Shown here: positions 1 to 11,482 of the stretch, one piece after another
Position numbering within the stretch: the first letter of the stretch is position 1
Layout of the letters: each line of letters starts with the position of its first letter
Assembly (NCBI RefSeq): GCF_001194135.2
Contig: NC_068982.1
Location: 14,860,525-14,924,524 of the forward strand
Direction of reading: 5' to 3'
Source of the DNA: Octopus bimaculoides
Lineage: Eukaryota
DNA: 64,000 nucleotides
Made by a program: the position numbers and the translations under genes
The notes under the pieces: model-generated
Database searches by the model: none
What the model was told of the DNA's origin: nothing
The model's input: the letters and a program-made list of their open reading frames with translations, nothing else

Positions 1-214
1 GCTATGGGTATTATCCAACCATCTTGCCCATGGTCGACCCCTAGGCCTCCTACAAGTTGGTTAAGCTTGAAGAATTTGTCTTGTGATCCTTTCCTGTAAC
101 ATTTTAACCACATATCCATAGAACCAGACATTTCAAAATATTCTTTTTAAATATATCATGAATAGGGGACAGAGAAAATAGCCCTGACATTATTCTTCAG
201 TTTTGAACAGTTAA

Positions 215-370
215 CATGGCTAGTGGAGAACAGAAATGGTAGAATTTTGGATGAATATCCTGAGGCATTTCGTTTACATCACTTTACATTCTGATTTCAA
301 ATTCTGGCTAAACTGGCTTTACCCTTTGTCCTTCAGAGGTCAATAGAATAGGTGCCAATCAAACACTACA
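215..370 (+). mobile_element. Degenerate SINE, family B
   Basis: Decayed match to the family B body seen many times in this window (…TTCTGATTTCAAATTCTGGC…CTTT…GGTCAATAGAATAGGTGCC). Confidence 0.5.
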
Positions 371-654
371 TGGTCAGTCAAAAGTGTAGCTAGAATATGT
401 GTCACCTGAGTTTGCAGCCTCCCCTCCATCTTCAGGACTGATACAACTTGTACAGGCTTATACAGCAGACCCAAAAGTACCACTCAGGGTGGACTGCTCC
501 CATCCCCTAGTTATGCTACTGTGCCCTTAAAGATGATGTCCCTGTCATAGCTACTGAACAATGATCTAAACTAATAAAAAAAAAAAAAAGATTAAAGATA
601 TACCTTTCCTGTCTTCACTGATCAGATATGGCTGCTAATGTTGGAAATAATGAT

Positions 655-935
655 AATCATCATCATCATTGTCATTTAACGTCTGCTTTCCATGCTGGCA
701 TGGGTTGGACAGTTTGACTGAGAACTGGTAAGCCAGAAGGCTGTACGAGGCTCCAATCTGATCTGGCAAGGTTTCTACAGCTGGATGCTCTTCCTAATGC
801 CAACCACTCCGAGAGTGTAGTGGGTGCTTTTTACATGACACCGGCATGAGGGCCAGTCAGGCAGTCCTGGCATCGACCATGCTTGAATGGTGCTTTTTAC
901 ATGCCACTGGCATGGGGGCCAGTCAGGCGAAGAAG
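655..935 (-). mobile_element. RTE-LINE 3' end fragment (non-coding tail)
   Basis: CATCATCAT…TTTAACGTCTGCTTTCCATGCTGGCATGGGTTGGAC…CTACAGCTGGATGC matches the 3' end of the RTE copy at 36673-37517, which retains ORF2 sequence. Confidence 0.85.
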
Positions 936-2044
936 AGTGCATCATCAACTGATCACATGCAACCACCTTAAGACATATACAGAGCAGATCTGGTCCTTAA
1001 CTAACTTCAACAAATAGCAATAAATTAATCCTCAGTTTGCTGCAGTAACTGGATGATTAATAGTGTATATACATTCAGTATGATACATAGATGGTTATTT
1101 TATTGTAATACTGCCTTGATTACATTTATCAGATTTCCATTCAGCTGGGAAACTTTGCAGTACTAGTGGACACTTTATTCAGTGTTTCTTATATCAGAGG
1201 CAATGAATTCTCATCTAAGCATGTGTCTGGCTGCAAGTACACATCATAGAAAATGCCCCAAATGATTTATTCATGATGTGCTCACTAGCCACTACTGGAC
1301 AGTTATTGTCTTCCTCTGATATTTATTGTTTTTAACTCAGTATGTCCACAAGAGATGTTATCTCTGAATGAATACTGCAGTAACTGGCCTATCAATGGTG
1401 TATATCACACGTAGATGGCTAGATTAATTAATATCTTGTCTTCAATTTAATTTGGAAAGAGTAGTGATATATTGTATACCCATCCAGTTCATATTAAAAT
1501 ATAAATGGTAACAATGACCATGACAACAAAGGTAATATTTTGTTTATAAATTCTTTTGTTGTATGTTTTCATATTTTAATATAAATATGTATAATAATAA
1601 TAATAATCTTTATAAACAAACTGCTCCATAAAATTCAATAAATTAATTGCTAAGTTAACATTGAAGATATTTGTATAAGAATATTGATTTCTTTTGAAAT
1701 AAAGCTAGTTTGTTTTTCTTTTTATTTGAGAGAGAGAGAGTGGGGGTGAATAGTTAATTGAATTAACGAACATGCATGAAAGGCTCTGCTATTGTAAGAC
1801 CTGAACACAGAATATTAAGTGACAAAATTAAATTCTGCAAGCTGTGCTCTACTGTTTCTTCCAATGAAACGCATCAAAAGCTATCGAGCCTGCTAAGGAG
1901 TCATTACATAGCTAGAAATACTAGCCACATTTCTCTCAGATCACATCTTCTTGTCTCAAAAAAAAAAAAAAAAGACAATAGACACAGCTGGAACATATCT
2001 GATCCTGTTAAAAAGCTAATCCAGTGTTAAACAACAGCAACAAT

Positions 2045-2300
2045 GTAGCAATCATTATCATCATAATCATCAATGTTCTTATGTTCACTTTTCCCTGCTT
2101 CTGTGAGGCAGACAGAAATTTGTTGGATGCCCTTGCTGTCGCCAACCCTCACCTGCTTCTAAATAAGATAATACTTCCTTATAACCCCACATGTTTTGCA
2201 TGGAAGATTAAGAACAAAAGACACTGCTTTCATGATCGTGATATTTTTTAAGATATCACATGATGTCATGGCAAGGAAACAGTAACACGCACGCACGCAT

Positions 2301-2337
<37 letters not shown>

Positions 2338-2500
2338 ACGTGCTTCTTTCAGTTTCCAGTTACCAAATCCACTCACAAGGCTTTGGTCAGCCTGCAAGTA
2401 TAGTAGAAGGCACAAGCCCGAAGTGCCATGCAGTGGGATTGAATCCACAACCATGTGGTTGGGAAGCAAACTTCTTACCGCAGAGCCTTGTCTGCGCCTA
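2045..2500 (-). mobile_element. SINE family A2 (family A tRNA-like head, RTE-like tail)
   Basis: Head (GGTAAGAAGTTTGCTTCCCAACCACATGG on -), internal (CA)n, then a tail similar to 23693-24056 and 63468-63860. Confidence 0.75.
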
Positions 2501-2964
2501 CCAATATATATAAGAATATTAAAAGCCATCACAATATAAGGACATAACATAGTTTGATAAATGAAAAGTGATTGCACTCATCTTTTAGAAACCAAAATTG
2601 TATATGATCATTTCCAACATTAGCAGCCATATCGTTTGAACATTTGATTTTCTTTTGCAACCTTTTTCACTCTTTGACAGATCTATCTGATCATTAGTTT
2701 CTTCTTTATCTTCTCCAAAGTTGTTATTTTCACTGACATGATCCAATTTCTCAGATCAGTATTCACTGCATCATTTTACCTCTGGCAATTTCTGCTTTTG
2801 ATTGCAAACTAACATGACATTTTCTTAGTTCTTGTCATTTACTCTGTCAAAAAAAATTTTTAAATACAAGCAAAAAAAAAATAATCTATATCTCCATGGA
2901 TTTCAACAATGAATATTCCAGTTGTTTCATCAACTGAACAGCTTATTCATTGAAATACATTAAA

Positions 2965-3395
2965 ATTGGCTGAGTGCTCCTCAGTCACATGTACCCTTAA
3001 CCTTTTAGCATTCAGATTACTCTGTCAAATCAAATGTAATGATTATTAATTCACATTGTTTTGAATGAATCATGCATTATCTCTTAGCTTTGAGATTTCA
3101 ATGATGTGGTTGTTTATTGTAGGGTAGATGTGAGAGGCTGGATCTGGCCACTTTGAACAAAAAATATGGCTGGTTTGAATGTTTAAGGGTTTGTGTAATT
3201 CTGTGGCAGAATCAATGTGACACGGTATGGTTCTTTGAATTACAGGCTACAGGTACAAGCCATCTGATAAGGCTTATGTTGACCTGAAATTATAATAAAA
3301 AACATTTGTCCGAGATGGTGCCACACAGTGGGAATGAACCCTGAACTTTATGGTTGTGAAGTGAACTATTTAACCACTCAGCTATGCCTGCACTC
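2965..3395 (-). mobile_element. SINE family C2, interrupted by a TTAA MITE
   Basis: GGCTGAGTGCTCC…GTACCCTTAA, then the MITE, then …GTGACAC…TTTGAATTACAGG and a tRNA-like head (GGGAATGAACCC…AACCACTCAGCTATGCC). Confidence 0.7.
2997..3192 (+). mobile_element. MITE family D (TTAA-CC termini, piggyBac-like non-autonomous)
   Basis: Starts TTAACCTTTTAGCATT, ends …AATGTTTAAGGGTT; body shared with 20802, 40048 and 49630. Confidence 0.8.
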
Positions 3396-3398
3396 ATA

Positions 3399-3818
3399 TA
3401 CAAGGTCTGATCTATAAGGATCTGGACTGCTGTCATAGTAACGAAGCTAAATTATGCAGAGTGAAGCCACTTGGTAAAGATTGACCTTGAACTCTGCTGT
3501 GCATGCGCACTAAGTTTTAACCTTCTAGCTCACTTCTGCTGTATACAGCAGTGCTTGGAAGGAACATGTGTAGCGTGTGATTGTCACATTGACCATGACA
3601 GAGAAAGTTGTCATGGCGATACCTGCTCAGAGGCCTATGCTAAGTTGCAGAAAGTGTATAGAGAAGAGTGTATGAGCCACACACAAGTGTACAAGGGGTT
3701 CAGACGTTTCCAAGATGGCCAAAAATGTGTCGATATTGACAAACATTCTGGGAGATCTTCAACCAGCAGAACTGAGAAAAACATCGCAGATGTGCATGCA
3801 TCTGTGAGGAGAAATCGT
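3399..3818 (+). mobile_element. Tc1/mariner 5' fragment: TIR plus N-terminal HTH of transposase (pseudogene)
   Basis: TA + CAAGGTCTGATCTATAAGGATCTGGACT mariner-type TIR at 3399-3428. ATG at 3595 (MTEKV), a frameshifting deletion, then GDTCSEAYAKLQKVYREECMSHTQVYKGFRRFQDGQ…DKHSGRSSTSRTEKNIADV, a typical mariner DNA-binding N-terminus. Truncated by a SINE. Confidence 0.85.
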
Positions 3819-3912
3819 TGTAGAAGACACTTGCCTAAAGTGCCATGCAGTGGGATTGAACCCAGAACTATGTGGTTGGTAAGCAAACTACTTAACACAC
3901 ACCCACTCCTGC
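3819..3912 (-). mobile_element. SINE family A head fragment
   Basis: TAGAAGACACTTGCC…GTGGGATTGAACCCAG…CCACTCCT is the reverse complement of the family A head. Confidence 0.85.
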
Positions 3913-4799
3913 ACCTATATATATATATATATATTGTCAGTAGTTCATATATTTGCAAAAGAAACACACTAAAGTATTAAAACTAATATTTTCCTTAGAA
4001 AGTTAAAAGTTATGACAAGTCGTAACTTTTAACTTCCTAAAATATGTGTGTGTGTGTGTGTAATATGTGTATATAATATGTATGTATGTGTGTGTATTCA
4101 TTAAAACACTCTTCCTTTTGCTTCATCTTGGCAGGATTTTGGTGTAAATTTTGCTGGGGTTAATTTGGCCTTTCGTCTTTGCAAAGCTTATAAAAGAAAA
4201 TATTAATTAGAAATACAGATGGTCTTAATTGACTACACACCTCGCCACAAATTTGTGACTACGTGACTATGTCTGAAAACAACATCATCATCATTATTAT
4301 TATTATCATTAGCATTACCACCACCTAAAATTGTTTTGTTTTTTTATAATTTGTGTGAGCCACCACATTCCTGATTACAACATCTGTTCATTTTGCTCTA
4401 TGCTTACATTTACTGGAGTTAGGCCTCACAGTGTTATAAAAATAGACATTTTTTTCTACTGGAATATGAAGATGCTTGTAAACTGATGAAATGGTTGCTA
4501 CTTACACTGTGTTTCTACTGGTAAAGTACTTAGGGGGTGGGAGGATATTGGCAACGAAGTAAGACAATGCATTTCTCTGGGGGGAACCATGTGTGTTAGT
4601 AACGATATAAATTGTCGATCCTAAAACAATAGCCTAGCATCCAAAGAGTTCATTAGGGCCAACATAGGAGCCTCTCTTGACCTTGCAGAGTTCTTTGAAT
4701 GCCAGGGTTAACTACTAGTACTTTACACAGGGTTAACTTCTGATACTTAAAAACCAGAGCATGTAATTCTAAAAATCAAAGTTCTGTAATTTCAGATCT

Positions 4800-4985
4800 T
4801 TGGACAAAGGCACTTTGACTGTGACCATTCTGGCATTTTTTACCAGACCAGTGCATCTGGAACTACATTATCCAATGTGTTCTTTTTATTTGTAAGACGA
4901 TGGGATATGTAATTTGAGTGGGAGTTGGCTGTTGTTTCTAACATGTCGACGGCCTACATAGAGGTTCTCTTATTGGTTTCAGCGT
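4800..4985 (-). mobile_element. Dispersed repeat family E (similar copies near 1905-1960, 23290-23345, 36230-36390, 37810-37985, 43440-43510, 51095-51260)
   Basis: Recurring motif GCTAGAAATA(A/G)CAGCCAAATCTCC…CACATT(G/A)G…ATGTAGT on either strand; class undetermined. Confidence 0.6.
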
Positions 4986-5775
4986 CCAACTGGATGCAAA
5001 TGTAGTAGAATGGTAGTACTTCTTAGCAGACTAAATCAGCAATCTTTAATCCATTTCACATTGCTTTTACCTTTTACCCACAATACCCACAGTCTATGTA
5101 ACACAACAGATGGGCTTCACGAGGCTCCCTTCAATTATTACCTATTCCATATTCATAAAGTCTTTAGCAGTGATCCAACGACCCTTTCAAGTTTACAAGA
5201 TGCTTTCAATTCACAGCCACTACCAAATGATTTCCTCTTTTTCTAATTGGTTGCCTTAATAAGTTACAGACACCAGTAAGTAATTATTGGTTAAAATTAC
5301 TTCACTAGAAGACAACTTAATCCCTGCTCCCTTCTCTCTTTTTCTCTTTTATTAAAATCTCATTATATTAACCTCTTTGCAACTTTATCAATACAATCTT
5401 CTAGGAACATTCTAATCAACCCATGCTTAAGACGTGATTAAATATTTATTCCAGCTGGCAAGTTCTTCTTGATTTGTATCACACTTTTTTTTTTAAAGCT
5501 AGCAATTACAGTTTCTCCTGTTTCTTAATGATGATACGCTTTCATGTTTTGGGGTTGTACATGTTTGGCAAACCATTTCATCTAAGATAATGCATTGAAC
5601 TACAAAAATTGCAATACAGTAGAGTCTTGATGGAGGATTTAAAACCTATATACAATATTATGTTAATATGTTATTGTTTTATTTTGAAATAGTTTTATAT
5701 TTCATTAAATATCTATCTTTCATTGCACATCAAACTCGGTTTTACATGATTTAAAAGTAAACTTTTCTTAACCAC

Positions 5776-5838
<63 letters not shown>

Positions 5839-6049
5839 AAAGTCATCTCATGCTTGTGACTGTAGATGCCAATCAAATGTGACTCAAAAATTACCAGGTT
5901 CTGAATATGGTCAGATCCTTTGTGATCGGAGTCACTAAAGAAATTAAAAGTTCCTGACAAGAACATAACACCTATGACCAATAGACAGAAACATTTCCTG
6001 TAATCAGACATCACCAAAATGGCAACGTTTTCTTTGTATGTCTAGGACG

Positions 6050-6260
6050 TCACCAACAACAACCTCAGCAAGTCAATGAGGGCCTTTACTAAGTACATCA
6101 AAGGGGCAAGGTTCGCTGTTAGATATGATACTTGGTACAAGTCTTTCTTTATGAAGAGAATTAATGTCTGGGAGAATCATTGAATCATTTAACCCCCCAC
6201 CCATCATCATGTGGTCTCCTGGTTCATCAGACTCGATCCCCTGATGAACTCATAAAGGAG
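6050..6260 (+). mobile_element. Possible decayed CR1/L2-type LINE 3' end
   Basis: Translation …KYIKGARFAVRYDTWYKSFFMKRINVWE resembles the CR1/L2 ORF2 C-terminal 'R…FF..RV.N.WN' motif; followed by hairpin GTTCATCAG…CTGATGAAC. Confidence 0.3.
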
Positions 6261-6566
6261 ACAGGCTGACGGCCACATTGTGACTAGGACTCAAGTACTG
6301 CCATTAGGAGTGGAATAGCTTAGGGCTACCTGATCCTGATAAGCAGTCGTTTCTATGGCTACAGTGAGGACTTCATTGCAACTGAGGGTGGTTTTGCTGA
6401 AAGGCCTGTTTCTTTGATGTATATAGTTAAATGGTTGTAGTGTTTTTCTAGTACATTTTTTCCTTTTGACGATTTTTTTCTGTTTGTTTTGATCTATTTT
6501 TGCATGGGACACTGTGTGTGTGTGTATATGTGTTTATGTGTGTGTGTTATTGTGTATATGTTCTCC

Positions 6567-6606
<40 letters not shown>

Positions 6607-7540
6607 ATTTATGAATGTATGTATGTATCCTTTCTCTAAAATAACTCAAATGAACAATATTATATATTGTGAAAATAATTTTCACTCTGAGAATTTTTTT
6701 ATCACGAACAACGGTTGAGCAAAACAAACTACCAAATCTTAGCTAAAACTGACTTCAAGAGCTTGTAACAATGATCGATAGTTAGTGTGACGAGAAAGCT
6801 GCATTGGGTAAGCAAAGCATTTGCCAAAGCAAGTCACTATGGAAATATTCTATGAAGTCACCTTTCTTATTGAATTTGTATTTAACACTTTTCTGCAACA
6901 AGTTCACCACTTTGCTCTTTGCAAACAAGTGGCAATGCATACATACATACATACATACATACATACATACAAGTACATGTATGTTTATATACATTCACAC
7001 ACACACAAATACATTCACGTATGTGTGTGTGTGTAATGTACGTATATTTGCATTTATAAACACTCACATACGCACGCACACGCACACACACATATATATA
7101 TTAACACTCATACACACATACATACATGTATATAAGAATTGTATGCATATAATTATTAGAAATAAATTCCTTGTATTTGCTAGCTAATTTAATTCATCAA
7201 CTTTTCAATTATTTTCATTTTAATGTATTCCCTCAACATCCGATTTATCTGTTCTCTCTCAACTGGTTTCTTTTCTCTATTTTCATCTTAATTTTTCCCT
7301 TTTCTTTTATTGTCATATCTATTCTTTCTTTCTTGCTTTATTCTTCATCTTCCTTTTCCATGCACTTGTTTTTTTGTTCTCTTCATTGTTTTTTTTTTAT
7401 CTTCTGTTTCTTTTCGTTTCTTATTCTATTTATCTTTCTCATTATTCACCTAACTTCTTTTTATTGAGTTTATTCTCTTCCTTTCCATATTTGCAAACAC
7501 GCTCACAGGCACACACTTGTTGTTGCACATACACACCTTT

Positions 7541-7949
7541 AGGAGTGGCTGTGTGGTAAGTAGCTTGCTTACCAACCACATGGTCCCGGGTTCAGTCCCA
7601 CTGCGTGGCATCTTGGTCAAGTGTCTTCTACTATAGCCTCGGGCCGACCAAGGCCTTGTGAGTGGATTTGGTAGACGGAAACTGAAAGAAGCCCGTCGTA
7701 TGTATGTATATATATATGTATGTGTGTATGTGTTTGTGTGTCTGTCTTTGTCCCCCCAACATCGCTTGACAACCGATGCTGGTGTGTTTATGTCCCCGTA
7801 ACTTAGCGGTTCGGCAAAAAAGACCGATAGAATAAGTACTAGGCTTACAAGGAATAAGTCCTGGGGTCGATTTGCTCGACTAAAGGTGGTGCTCCAGCAT
7901 GGCCACAGTCAAAAGACTGAAACAAGTAAAATAGTAAATAGTAAAATAG
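7541..7949 (+). mobile_element. Full-length tRNA-derived SINE, family A
   Basis: Box-A-like TGGCTGTGTGG, box-B-like GGTTCAGTCCC, central GGCATCTTGGTCAAGTGTC (CORE-like), internal (TA/TG)n, tail ending (GTAAAATA)n. Confidence 0.92.
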
Positions 7950-8106
7950 ATATATATGTGTGTGTGTGTGTGTGTGTGTATTTAAATAATAAGGGTGAAA
8001 AATTGAATATTAATTTGATTAATATCAATTTAAAACCAGTGGCCTTGCATATTGAAAAAAATCTGAAGATACAGAAAAATTATATTACATACATATAAGA
8101 GGGATG

Positions 8107-8301
8107 ACCACTAAGTGGATATCCATTATGCTAGATGTAGACCCTATATGGTCTGATCACTAAGGAAAGATTGTTCTCAAGAAAATTCAGCAAACACCAA
8201 AATGTAAGTGAGCAAGACTTACTCGCTTACGTTCTGGTGTTTGCTTAGTGGTCAGACCATAGGTGGTCTACTTCTAGCAAAATGGATGTCCACTTAGTGG
8301 T
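8107..8301. repeat. ~195-bp imperfect palindrome (fold-back element)
   Basis: 8107-8164 is complementary to 8244-8301; inner 8190-8212 is complementary to 8222-8244; 9-nt loop. Confidence 0.9.
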
Positions 8302-8311
8302 GAGATGAGCT

Positions 8312-8405
8312 GGTTTGCTCAAGAACACAACGCATCACCCGGTCTAGGAATCGAAATCACGATCTAGCGATCATGTGTGCAACAACCTAACCACTAAGGC
8401 ATGCT
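8312..8405 (-). mobile_element. SINE family C head fragment
   Basis: GCTCAAGAACACAACGC…GGAATCGAAATCACGATC…AACCACTAAG is the reverse complement of a tRNA-like head. Confidence 0.75.
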
Positions 8406-8894
8406 TAGTGTTTAGGGTGTTTAAATAATATATATATATATATATACATATATATAATATTTTCATTTGGCTCCATGCCATATAAAGTTTTGTAGGCATG
8501 TCACAGGAAGCTAGCACATCAGGCTGAGGCAGCCAACCCTGACAAGCATACAAAATATGAAGTTGCAATGGGCCAAATCCAACTGTTTTAAATAATAATA
8601 TATGTAACTCCTACTAAATGTACCGAATGTCTCTTTGTTTTGTTTGTCCACTCATTAGTATATACAGCAGTACCTCGATTTTCGAACAACTCTGATCGCG
8701 AATGAATCGTGCTTTATATATATATATATATATGTACATATAGAGCAATAAGAAAATGGAGGGGATCAATAGGTGATATTCATCAACTTTTAGACATTAT
8801 ATTATGTCAATTTATTTATTTACTAAAAGGACAATTATAACAATATACATACATGTATAACATATGCTTTACATATATAATATATAAAATATTA

Positions 8895-9060
8895 TATATG
8901 GACAGTTTAACAGGAGCTGGCCAGATGGAGAGCTGCACCAGGCTTTGATTGTCTGTTTTAGCATAGGTTCTACAACTGGATGCCCTTCTTAATGCCAACC
9001 ACCTTAGAGAGCATACTGGGTGCTTTTTATGTGACACCATCACTGGGACCCCATGCCATA
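8895..9060 (-). mobile_element. RTE 3' tail fragment
   Basis: GGACAGTTT…CTACAACTGGATGCCCTTCTTAATGCCAACCAC…GGGTGCTTTTTATGTGACACC. Confidence 0.75.
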
Positions 9061-9507
9061 CACCCTTACACAAATCAGGCTCACAACACATAACCACATG
9101 GCCACAGAATTTCTTTTCCTCAAGAAGCTCTACTCAGTCTAAGAAGAAAAATATCCCATAACCTTCAAACATTATGTGGACAGATTTCTTCAAGAGGTAC
9201 CAGTCATGACATTTACACCTAATTGCATCTCAGTCAACAACAGCTTGAATGAGTTATGATACCAGAAAATTTGACTTCCAAATAACTTAACAGATTCTGT
9301 CAAGTGCTGCTATTAAGTTAGACAGCCAATTTTAATCAAACAATATCTAAATGTATATGTACTTAGATACATGCATGTGTGCATACATACATACATACAT
9401 ACACACACATACCCACACACATACATCATTATATAAATAGATAGATAGATAGATATGTATGCTTATATATCTATGCATTTTTATGCTTATGCATGTGTAT
9501 GTGTATG

Positions 9508-9544
<37 letters not shown>

Positions 9545-9692
9545 ATACATATATGTGGGGGGTGTATCCATTTGTGTGTGTATGTATGTTTACATATGCA
9601 CACATATTTGTGAAAGAGGACAACAAATGCCGAGGCATAACAAGCATCTCAAGTCATATACATCATTTTATATTATTCTTAAATTGGTTAAG

Positions 9693-9768
9693 GTCTTACA
9701 GCTGTTTCTGAGATAACCCAAGTGATAGGCGAGTATGTCAGAATATGGGGTATTCCATCATCAGAGAC
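9693..9768 (-). ncRNA. Type-I hammerhead ribozyme (intact core)
   Basis: Minus strand: GTCT-CTGATGA-TGGAATACCCCA…TGGGTTATCTCA-GAAAC-AGCT-GTA-AGAC. Stem I GTCT/AGAC, core CUGAUGA…GAAA, palindromic AGCT stem-III loop, GUA cleavage triplet. Confidence 0.85.
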
Positions 9769-10227
9769 AAGTAGAGAACATATAAAAGATCTAGATATGG
9801 AAAATTCACAGATAATAAGCAATGAAATAGAAGAATAGAGAGTAAGGAAATAAGGAAGTAGAGTTCACAGTTCATTTTTCAGAGGGAATGGATGCTAGTC
9901 TGAATGTCCTTAGGTAAAATCCAAGGTAAATCCAGACAGTATTTCGGCAAAGTATGAGTAGTGTATTCACAGCATAAATATCCAGGCAATATTTTGGCAG
10001 AAATGGGAATGGTGTGTTCATATTGAGATGGATGGTTTGTGAGAGAACGACCATAAAAGTAATGACCGTAACATTGCCTGGATTTACATTTGGATTTTAC
10101 CTTAGGACATTCGGACTAACATCCATACCCTCTTAAAAATGAACTGTGAACTCTGTTTTCTTATTTCCATGTCTAGGTCTTTTATCTGAATATTTCTATA
10201 TCTAGATCTTTCATATGTTCTCTACTT

Positions 10228-10303
10228 GTCTCTGATGACGGAATACCCCATATTCAGGCATACTTGCCTATCACTTGGGATATCCCAGAAACAGCTGTAA
10301 GGC
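10228..10303 (+). ncRNA. Type-I hammerhead ribozyme (intact core)
   Basis: GTCT-CTGATGA-CGGAATACCCCA…TGGGATATCCCA-GAAAC-AGCT-GTA-AGGC. Stem I has one U·G pair; the stem-II closing pair is a C·A mismatch. Confidence 0.8.
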
Positions 10304-10549
10304 CTCAACTAATTTAAGAATAATATAAAATGATGTATATGACTTGAGATGCTTGTTATGCCTCGGCATTTGTTGTCCTCTTTCACAAATATATATCTGC
10401 TAAATCGGAAACCTAAAATGGATCCATAGCTCCCATCTCAGTTACAAGCTTGGAACCCTGATAACCCATTACAGCACTTACCCAGTATACCTATTCATTT
10501 AGATCACCAGCGAACTAAACATGCATATTCTGTGTATATATATATAAAC

Positions 10550-10720
10550 CAGAGTAAGCACATAAATGTGTGAAACAAGCTGGGAGAAACTAGTACTCGA
10601 ATACCAGAGGTAGAGTAATATGCTTTATTAATGAAGCAGCAAAGACTTCACAAAAACTGTTACCCAGAGTTTTATGTTCCCGTTCACTGGACAGTTTTGG
10701 TTGAGAATGGAACAAAAAAA
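10550..10720 (-). mobile_element. PLE-like terminal repeat (second family) with degenerate hammerhead at 10657-10694
   Basis: Minus: CTGT-CCAGTGA-ACGGGAACAT-AAAAC-TCTGG-GTA-ACAG, then an AATAAAGCATATTACTCTACCTC tail. Segments recur at 11178-11290 (direct) and 11343-11420 (inverted). Confidence 0.55.
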
Positions 10721-10750
10721 TGTCACTACAACATATACATGTGTGCACGT

Positions 10751-10793
<43 letters not shown>

Positions 10794-11177
10794 TATGCAT
10801 TTATACGTATTTAATGTCTCACCAACTTCAGGTTGGTTGAGCTGTGCAAAAATTCATTAGATTCATTCTTCAATTTCTTACTTATTTTATGTGTTACTCT
10901 TTGAAATACATACTGGTTTTACCTGTGAGGTATGTAGAGTTCCTTTACCAGTGGAACTGCCATGTTTTTGAAGTCCCATTATGAAAGTGTAGATTGCCAG
11001 GAGTTTATGCTGATTATTGCATTAAGAATACATCAAGTTTCTACCCTATCATGACATACATACATATATGTATATATATGTTATGTTTTTATACACTTTA
11101 AGTTTATGCAGTATGTATACATATATATGTGTGTGTGTACATTTATTTATGCGTGTGTGTGTGTGTGTGTGTGTATA

Positions 11178-11420
11178 CACTTTATTAATAAAACTGCAAA
11201 GACATCACAAAAACTATTACTCAGAGTTTCATGTTCCTGATCACTGGACAGTCTGAGTTTAGAACGGAGCAAAAATAAGGTTATGTGTATACAATTACAT
11301 TGATAGATACTCATTTGAAATTGCATTGATATATGATATATCAATAAAGCATATTGCTCTACCTCCAGCATTTGAGTACTATTTCTTTCCCCACCTTGTT
11401 TCACATTTATGTGCTTACAC
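11178..11420. mobile_element. Second copy of the same PLE-like family (antisense HHR part plus forward tail); degenerate hammerhead at 11214-11251 (-)
   Basis: Minus: CTGT-CCAGTGA-TCAGGAACAT-GAAAC-TCTGA-GTA-ATAG; 11343-11420 is the reverse complement of 10553-10630. Confidence 0.55.
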
Positions 11421-11482
11421 TTGTATGTATGTATATATATATATATAAAATCAAAATAAGCAACAAGGATATCCAGAAGTAA

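Larger units (their letters stand above)
9604..10392. mobile_element. ~790-bp inverted-repeat element (two inverted PLE-like termini, each with a hammerhead)
   Basis: 9604-~9942 is the imperfect reverse complement of ~10070-10392 (ATATTTGTGAAAGAGGACAACAAATGCCGAGG… / …CCTCGGCATTTGTTGTCCTCTTTCACAAATAT); flanked by TA/CA-rich sequence. Confidence 0.9.

Noticed and set aside
1040-1425. Degenerate ~55-bp direct repeat (1040, 1376) as LTRs
   Set aside because: Too short and diverged; no TG…CA ends, PBS or PPT.
1776-2030. 84-aa ORF with a CKLC…H…H zinc-finger-like look
   Set aside because: Its 3' part is a decayed family E repeat and a poly-A run; no convincing splice sites; spacing does not fit C2H2.
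6221-6265. CTGATGA on both strands
   Set aside because: The two form one hairpin; neither has a downstream GAAA.
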